Made by a program: the position numbers and the translations under genes
NCBI GenBank assembly: GCA_041660065.1
Contig: JBAZXC010000001.1
Coordinates: 72,535 to 136,534, forward strand
Direction: 5' to 3'
Length of the DNA stretch: 64,000 nt
Source: Parcubacteria group bacterium
Lineage (GTDB): Bacteria > Patescibacteriota > Minisyncoccia > Moranbacterales > GCA-2747515
The notes under the pieces: generated by a model
Told to the model about the DNA's origin: nothing
Database searches by the model: none
The model's input: only the letters and a program-made list of their open reading frames with translations
Part shown: one piece after another, positions 57,972-64,000 of the stretch
Numbering within the stretch: the first letter of the stretch is position 1
How the letters are laid out: each line of letters begins with the position of its first letter

Positions 57972-59723
57972 TTATTGTGATTGTAGTTTTGTGATGAAAT
58001 CATCCACGCTGGTTGTTCCTTCGTCATCATTTTCTCGTGAACGGATGGATACGGTTTTATCAGCGACTTCTTTTTCGCCAACGACAAGGATATAAGGCAC
58101 TTTCTCTTTTTGTGCAACGCGCACGCGTTTGCCGAGTGTTTCGGATTGGTCATACAGTTCTACGCGAAAATCGTCTTGCATCAATCGATCACACACCTCT
58201 TTGCCATAGTCATTGAATTTGTCCGATACGGGGATGACAACAATTTGTACAGGAGAGAGCCAGAGGGGAAATGCGCCGGCAAAGTGTTCGATGATCACCG
58301 AGAGAAAGCGTTCCAATGAACCGGCGATTGCGCGGTGGAGCATGACGGGGGTTTGTTTGGCGTTTGTTTCGTCGGTATATTCCAATCCAAATCGCTCCGG
58401 CATCACGAAGTCGAGTTGTGCTGTTGCCAATTGCCACTCGCGTCCGATCGCATCACGGAACATGAAGTCTAATTTCGGTCCGTAAAATGCGGCTTCACCT
58501 TCTACACGTTTGTAAGGGAGGTTTTCTTTTTTAGCGATGTCTTCCAATGTTTTCTCCGCTTTGTCCCATTTGGCGGGGTCGCCGAGATATTTTTCCGGTG
58601 TCTTGGGATTGCGCACGGAAACAGAAACCCAATAATCACCCTCATTGAACATGTTGAGCGATGTGTAGAAATCCTTGATCACTGAGACGATGCCACCGAC
58701 CTCTGTTTCGATCTGAGCGGGTGTGCAAAATACGTGTCCATCGTCCTGAGAGATCGAGCGTACGCGCGAAAGTCCCAAGAGTTCTCCCGCTTGTTCATCG
58801 CGATATACCATAGTCGTTTCCATATAACGCACCGGTAAGTCGCGGTACGAGCGTTGGTGTGATGCATAGATCTGTGTGTGATGGGGGCAGTTCATCGGTT
58901 TCATCACAAACTCTTGATCGGACTGACCTTTGACTTTGAATAATTCATCGCCAAACTTTGCCCAATGTCCTGATTTTTCGTAGAGATCTTTTTTGGTGAT
59001 GTGAGGGATCGTGACTTTTTGATAACCGAATTTTTTCTGGAGGTTTTGGATCTTTTCGACGATCAGATCGCGCAGAAGTGTGCCTTTTGGTGTGAAGAGA
59101 GGAAGTCCGCCACCGACAAGTTCGGAGAATGTAAAGAGATCCAGCTCTTTGCCGAGTTTGCGGTGATCGCGTCGCTTTGCTTCCTCGATGCGCGCAAGGT
59201 AGATATCTAATTCTTCTTTGGTGTCAAAGAGTACACCGTAAATACGCGTAAGCTGTTCGCGCTTCTCGTCGCTTTTCCAGTATGCGCCGGCCAGACGTGT
59301 GATCTTGAGTGCAGATGCGTCGATCTCTTTGCTGTTTTCCACGTGTGGGCCACGGCAGAGGTCGGCAAAATCTTTGGATGTATATACTGAAACGATTGCT
59401 TCACCACTAGTTGCGAGATCGTCAATGAGCTCCAATTTGTATTTTTGATCCTTGAATTGACCTTTTGCTTCGGCGATAGAAATTTCTGATCGCTCAAACG
59501 GGATATTGTGACTGATCATTTTTTTCATGCGCTTCTCGATCTGTTTGAGGTCAGCCTCCGTGATCGGTTGTGCGGTTTCGATATCATAATAAAATCCGTC
59601 ATCGACAATCGGTCCGATACCAAAGAGTGCATCGGGTCGGATCTCTCGCACAGCCATTGCGAGGAGATGGGCGGCGGAATGGCGTTTTTTATTTAGCTCT
59701 TCTGATGGGTTGTGTGAACACAT
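57972..59723 (-). CDS. thrS: Threonine--tRNA ligase
   Basis: 'RHSAAHLLA', 'DLCRGPHV', 'RDHRKLG', 'KPMNCP', 'AAFYGPK', 'HRA..GS.ERF'. Confidence 0.97.
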   Translation of the reverse strand: MCSHNPSEELNKKRHSAAHLLAMAVREIRPDALFGIGPIVDDGFYYDIETAQPITEADLKQIEKRMKKMISHNIPFERSEISIAEAKGQFKDQKYKLELIDDLATSGEAIVSVYTSKDFADLCRGPHVENSKEIDASALKITRLAGAYWKSDEKREQLTRIYGVLFDTKEELDIYLARIEEAKRRDHRKLGKELDLFTFSELVGGGLPLFTPKGTLLRDLIVEKIQNLQKKFGYQKVTIPHITKKDLYEKSGHWAKFGDELFKVKGQSDQEFVMKPMNCPHHTQIYASHQRSYRDLPVRYMETTMVYRDEQAGELLGLSRVRSISQDDGHVFCTPAQIETEVGGIVSVIKDFYTSLNMFNEGDYWVSVSVRNPKTPEKYLGDPAKWDKAEKTLEDIAKKENLPYKRVEGEAAFYGPKLDFMFRDAIGREWQLATAQLDFVMPERFGLEYTDETNAKQTPVMLHRAIAGSLERFLSVIIEHFAGAFPLWLSPVQIVVIPVSDKFNDYGKEVCDRLMQDDFRVELYDQSETLGKRVRVAQKEKVPYILVVGEKEVADKTVSIRSRENDDEGTTSVDDFITKLQSQ

Positions 59724-59800
59724 ATGTTTTTTAATTAGTCCTGTCGCTCACGAGCGACGGGATGATTGGTTAATAATTAATAATGAATTTATTGATTTAA

Positions 59801-59874
59801 TGTCATTCCCGTGCAGACGGGAATCTAGTCAATAAAATATGTTGTGCTGGATTCCCGCCTATGCGGGAATGACA
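59801..59874. repeat. Empty inverted doublet of GTCATTCCC REPs
   Basis: TGTCATTCCCGTGCAGACGGGAATCTAG-N18-CTGGATTCCCGCCTATGCGGGAATGACA. Confidence 0.85.
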
Positions 59875-59954
59875 GCTATGAGATATTTTTGCAGTGCTGC
59901 CTTGATCTTGCCGAGAGGTATTCGTTTTTGTTGAGGAGAGATCCACCCGAGGCG

Positions 59955-59974
59955 CCTGCCTGCCGGTAGGCAGG
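59955..59974. repeat. 20-bp palindromic unit CCTGCCTGCCGGTAGGCAGG
   Basis: Identical to 55939-55958 and 56373-56392. Confidence 0.9.
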
Positions 59975-59992
59975 GATTAATTTTTCTTTTAG

Positions 59993-60170
59993 AAAAATTA
60001 AAAAGCGTCAACAACAAATACTGCAAACTTTGTACTGAGACCCTTCTTTGGAGAGGGGCGGTTCCACTCAGTTTCCCGTTTTTGTTGTGGGCGCTCTTTG
60101 GATCGTGCATCTCACGTGTACACGTCATTACGCAGACTCCATAGTTTGGTAGGCTATATCATCATCTGTA
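59993..60170 (-). promoter_or_regulatory. T-box riboswitch (Thr, ultra-short Stem I) upstream of thrS
   Basis: K-turn Stem I with an ACC loop; antiterminator ACUGAG-UGGAACC-GCCCCUCU/AGAAGGGU-CUCAGU; upstream TTGACA-18-CACAAT. Confidence 0.8.
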
Positions 60171-60218
60171 TGAAATTGTACTTGTATTGTGGCATGAAAA
60201 ATGGCAGGATGTCAAGCA

Positions 60219-60247
60219 TTGACAAAATACAAATCGTATGCTATAAT
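60219..60247 (+). promoter_or_regulatory. Consensus sigma70 promoter
   Basis: TTGACA-17-TATAAT with a TGn extension. Confidence 0.85.
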
Positions 60248-60318
60248 GTACGGTTGTTATTTTTTGTTCGTTTTATCATCAAAAAAGCGCATATTGCGCA
60301 CAAAAAAGGAGAAATGGT

Positions 60319-60879
60319 ATGAATACTGTTGCGAGAAGTTTGTCAGATTTGGGTTTGGCCATTGCTTCATATGATCCGTCTCACAGGGCACCAAAAGTCC
60401 GGCGACCGAAAAAAGAGAAAAAGAGGATCGTCGTCATGCAGAAAGTCAGTGAAACGAAAGGCGGGTCACAGACTACCGATGAAAAAGTCGTAAAACCTGT
60501 AGCTCCTCGGTACACATCCATCACGACAGAAACCGGCGTAAAAATCCGGGTGCCAAAAAAGAATGGTCTGGAGTATAAGGAAGAGTATTTCTTAAGCGGA
60601 AGGTGCATTGAAGCGCACTATCATCATGTGTGTGGACTCGACAAGAAAGGCGTTCTCAATAGATTCTTTTATGGGATCAAAGAAGAGCATTTTGGTAAAA
60701 ATATTATTACCACAGTTGTCGTTGTGGAAAAAACAATGCCGGACGGTCATGTGTTCACGATGACTAATATCTACAACACGCCGGAGGCTGTGAAAAAAAG
60801 TACGTTCACCATGCCAATCGGAGGTGACAAGGGCATAAAGATCATCCAGTCACAGTCGCAACACATCGTATTTGCGTAA
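60319..60879 (+). CDS. Hypothetical protein (orphan, basic N-terminus)
   Basis: Promoter, AAAGGAG SD and terminator (60891-60930) bracket the ORF. Confidence 0.7.
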   Translation: MNTVARSLSDLGLAIASYDPSHRAPKVRRPKKEKKRIVVMQKVSETKGGSQTTDEKVVKPVAPRYTSITTETGVKIRVPKKNGLEYKEEYFLSGRCIEAHYHHVCGLDKKGVLNRFFYGIKEEHFGKNIITTVVVVEKTMPDGHVFTMTNIYNTPEAVKKSTFTMPIGGDKGIKIIQSQSQHIVFA

Positions 60880-61056
60880 CCGATGTCAGTCTCCACAGGA
60901 AAGCAAAATGCTTTCTTGTGGGGATTTTTTATTTCATTGTGGTTACAGATGTATTAATATTGACTTTGTGGTGTATATTATGATACGATGATCTGTCGTT
61001 GGGAATATGTGATAGTCACTTAGTTTGTTAACAAATAGGAGAGGAGAAGTAAAACA

Positions 61057-61773
61057 ATGGCCAAAAAAATGACAGGGGAAGTGGTAAGGAAGCGGTATCA
61101 GGGTCGACTGGAAAAAACTGCGAAATATGTCGCGAAACTGATTTGCAACGAAATTGATAAAAAAATAAATGCTTATAGCAGTCAAGATGCGAGTCAGCAT
61201 GCAAAGTTTAGCGTTTTTATCGACAAAATAACCAGTGGCAATAAGTATAAATTACCGCAAGGGATGTTGGAATGGCGGTTTGCAAGTCCTATAAACTCTT
61301 GCAATTACCAGCCTCTGGTTGATCGGATTGTCGAACACATACGTGCGTATTACGCTGATTGGTCGAGAGTAGAACTGAATGGTTTTAAAGATAAGTTGAG
61401 AGAGGCATATATCGTTTTGGATGCCGGCTTCAAAGTGTCGACCGAGATCCGTCATCCGTGTGATCTTGATAATATCTTTCGAGATCGCAGAAGAGAAATG
61501 GTGCTGTATTTTGTCAATGGTATCCGTGCGGAGATCGAAAAGAGATACGGAAAGCAGTCTTCGTGCCAACAGATCTTTACTGATGATATGATATATCAAT
61601 CAGACCTATCGCTTGATATGAAGGAGGCACAGGAACTCTTCCAGGATGTACGGCGTGTATTATTGGATGATAAATGGCAGATTGACCTCTATCCAAAACC
61701 GGACAATGTTGCTCAAGAAATGTTGTTTGCAAATAAGAAATATGCATTTTGTATCACTGCATTTAAGTTGTAA
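61057..61773 (+). CDS. Hypothetical protein (orphan)
   Basis: TTGACT...TACGAT promoter-like sequence, AGGAGAGGAG SD, terminator at 61789-61827. Confidence 0.7.
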   Translation: MAKKMTGEVVRKRYQGRLEKTAKYVAKLICNEIDKKINAYSSQDASQHAKFSVFIDKITSGNKYKLPQGMLEWRFASPINSCNYQPLVDRIVEHIRAYYADWSRVELNGFKDKLREAYIVLDAGFKVSTEIRHPCDLDNIFRDRRREMVLYFVNGIRAEIEKRYGKQSSCQQIFTDDMIYQSDLSLDMKEAQELFQDVRRVLLDDKWQIDLYPKPDNVAQEMLFANKKYAFCITAFKL

Positions 61774-61825
61774 ACAACAGACGACACAGCCGCCACAGCT
61801 TAGGTAAAAGCAGTGGCGGTTTTTT

Positions 61826-64000
61826 TTATTCCTGCGTAATTGCTGACGCGTCAACGATCGTGCACAGTTTTGCTTTGCATGCGTCGGTAAATGTGATGAT
61901 ATAGGATGTGCGCATTTTTTGTCCGTTGTGGATGAGAAATACATGAGCATTGCCACTCTCGCAGGTATCGAGAATTTCTTTGATCTGCGCGATGGTCTCG
62001 TAGGTGCTGTTGTCGGGGAGGGTGATAAATAATTTGGTTTTGGTGAGAAGGGTATTTTTTTCTTCCTTCTTTTTTGTGATGCTTTCTTTTGTGTCACCGT
62101 ATTTTTTGCGGGTACTCATGATGCTTTTTGCGTAGTCATTTTTTTCCGGTACGATCTCTTCGATCTCGTTGGCGATAAATTTGAGTTCATCGTCTTTGTC
62201 GGAAAGATTTCCTTTCATCACAACAGCCTTGCCTTCTACGAGGAGGTCTTTGTGTTCTTCCAGCATCTTGGGAAAAATCAGACATTCCGTTGTGCTTTTG
62301 CCGTCTTCGAGTGTGACAAATGCCATATTTTTTCCACTTTTTGTCAGGATGATTTTGATCGCGATGATGATGCCACCGATCGAGATCATTTTATTTGCTT
62401 TGTCTTTTTTGAGATCATTGAGTGGTGTACACATATAGTCGAGGAAATCGCGGTATTCGTTGGATGGGTGATCGGAGATGTATAGACCGATGAGTTGTTT
62501 CTCCCATGCGAGGTGTTGTCTTTTGCCGGAGTCGATGCCTTTTTTGAGTTTGATCTCTGCGCGCGAGAGGAGTTCGGTGCCAAAAAGGGAATGCTGATTG
62601 GTCTGTGTGCTGGAACGCAAGTCTTTGACAAATGCGAGAATGGTGTCCATGGTAGCAAGGATATCATCGCGTGATGCAAAACTGTCGAACGCGCCAACCA
62701 TCGCCAGAGCGTCAAGTGATTTTTTGTTGAGATCGCGGATGGTAATGCGTGTGCAGAGGTCGGAGAGATCTCTATATTTTCCACCGCGTTTGCGCTCTTC
62801 GACAATTTCGCGCGCAACAGGACGTCCGACGTTTTTGATCGCATTGAGTCCGAAGCGGATGCGCGGATTTTTCTTTTTTATGTCGGCGGGATCATAGATC
62901 ACGGCAAACTCCTGGAAACTTTCATTGATATCGGGTGGAAGGACGGTAATGCCCATATCGCGACACTCGGCGGCCTCGATCGCGATGCGGTCGGTGTTGC
63001 CTTGGTCGGATGTCATGAGCGCGGCCATGAATTCTGCTGGATAGTGCGCTTTGAGATAGGCGGTCTGATAACCGATGAGACCATAGCACGCCGCATGCGA
63101 ACGATTGAATCCATAACCGGCGAATGGTTCGATGAACGCAAAGACTTTTTCTGCGATCTCTTTTTTCACACCATGAGCAACACATCCTTCGACAAATTTG
63201 ATCTTTTGCTCTTTGATGAGTTTGATGATCTTTTTGCCCATCGCCTTGCGCAAGATGTCCGCTTCTCCCAGTGTGAATCCTGCCAAATCCTGTGCGATAC
63301 GCATGACTTGTTCTTGATAGACGGCAACGCCATAGGTGTCAGCGAGGATCGCTTCCAGCTTGGGGTGGAGATAGGTTACTTTTTTCTTGCCGTGCTTGCC
63401 ATCGACGAAATCAGGGATCCATTCCATCGGTCCCGGACGATAGAGAGCAACCATTGCGATAATATCTTCCAATACAGTTGGCTTGAGTGCTTTGAGATAG
63501 CGTTTCATGCCACTGGATTCCAATTGAAATACGCCGGTGGTATGCGCGCTTTGTAAGAGTTTGTATGTTTTAACATCGTCAAGAGGGATTTGCTCGATGT
63601 CGATCTTGCGTCCGTGGATCTTTTTGACAATGCGGAGGGTGTTTTGGATGATCGTAAGGTTTTTGAGTCCCAAGAAGTCCATTTTGAGTAGCCCGATCTT
63701 TTCGACGGCGGAGAATTTGGTGCTGGATGCATATTGCGTCACTGTTGCTTCATCATCACCGGAGACGCGTTGCATTGCGGTGTATTCTACAACGGGTTTG
63801 TCTGTGATCACAACGCCGCATGCATGTACGGAAGAGTGACGGCACAAACCCTCCAAGCGTCTGGCGGTATCAATGAGGTCGCGTGCATCGGAATTTTCCT
63901 TATGGAGACGCTTGAAATCCGGTACTTCTGCCAGTGCTTTGTCAATCGATGTAAGCTCGGGGATGAGTTTTGCCACTTGATCGCAAAAATTATATGGATA
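61826..64000 (-). CDS. dnaE: DNA polymerase III alpha subunit, 5'-partial
   Basis: 'HACGVV', 'GLLKMDFLGL', 'GVFQLES', 'ALYRPGP', 'YGFNRSHA', 'MAFVTLED'. Confidence 0.97.
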   Translation of the reverse strand, partial: YPYNFCDQVAKLIPELTSIDKALAEVPDFKRLHKENSDARDLIDTARRLEGLCRHSSVHACGVVITDKPVVEYTAMQRVSGDDEATVTQYASSTKFSAVEKIGLLKMDFLGLKNLTIIQNTLRIVKKIHGRKIDIEQIPLDDVKTYKLLQSAHTTGVFQLESSGMKRYLKALKPTVLEDIIAMVALYRPGPMEWIPDFVDGKHGKKKVTYLHPKLEAILADTYGVAVYQEQVMRIAQDLAGFTLGEADILRKAMGKKIIKLIKEQKIKFVEGCVAHGVKKEIAEKVFAFIEPFAGYGFNRSHAACYGLIGYQTAYLKAHYPAEFMAALMTSDQGNTDRIAIEAAECRDMGITVLPPDINESFQEFAVIYDPADIKKKNPRIRFGLNAIKNVGRPVAREIVEERKRGGKYRDLSDLCTRITIRDLNKKSLDALAMVGAFDSFASRDDILATMDTILAFVKDLRSSTQTNQHSLFGTELLSRAEIKLKKGIDSGKRQHLAWEKQLIGLYISDHPSNEYRDFLDYMCTPLNDLKKDKANKMISIGGIIIAIKIILTKSGKNMAFVTLEDGKSTTECLIFPKMLEEHKDLLVEGKAVVMKGNLSDKDDELKFIANEIEEIVPEKNDYAKSIMSTRKKYGDTKESITKKKEEKNTLLTKTKLFITLPDNSTYETIAQIKEILDTCESGNAHVFLIHNGQKMRTSYIITFTDACKAKLCTIVDASAITQE

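Noticed and set aside
59859-60128. 89-aa minus-strand ORF upstream of thrS
   Set aside because: It runs through the T-box structure and repeats and has no recognisable protein features.
57972-64000. Inteins or introns in dnaE, thrS or other core genes
   Set aside because: The visible portions are colinear with canonical motifs; no insertion of intein or intron size is evident.

Overview
Chromosomal window from a small-genome bacterium. Gene content and AT-rich, mostly Shine-Dalgarno-less leaders suggest Patescibacteria/CPR, Parcubacteria (Moranbacteria-like); this is an inference. The left half holds cell-surface glycosylation genes (GT-C, GT2, GT4, Wzx, O-antigen ligase-like, LCP), a ddl/murF/hydrolase trio, an array of small nucleotide-handling enzymes and a divergent RtcB. 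The right half is mostly core genes: ctpA, groES with CIRCE, lepB, hisS, rpsU-yqeY-ybeY-dgkA-ftsA-ftsZ, prmC, rpmF-nusB-rnc, def-fmt, a truncated thyX, gatB, miaA, thrS and a partial dnaE. I saw no rRNA, tRNA, CRISPR array, integrase or transposase. The most interesting signals are non-coding. (1) A roughly 180-nt candidate sRNA with a perfect sigma70 promoter and terminator displays anti-Shine-Dalgarno sequences, in a genome where only a minority of genes (rpsU, a histone-like gene, orphan cassettes) carry an SD. (2) A T-box riboswitch with an ultra-short Stem I and a Thr (ACC) specifier lies upstream of thrS. (3) Several palindromic repeat families occur, including a GIY-YIG gene bracketed by inverted REP-like repeats, empty copies of that element, and small hairpins inserted precisely inside other repeats. 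All calls come from reading motifs by eye; no database searches were run.
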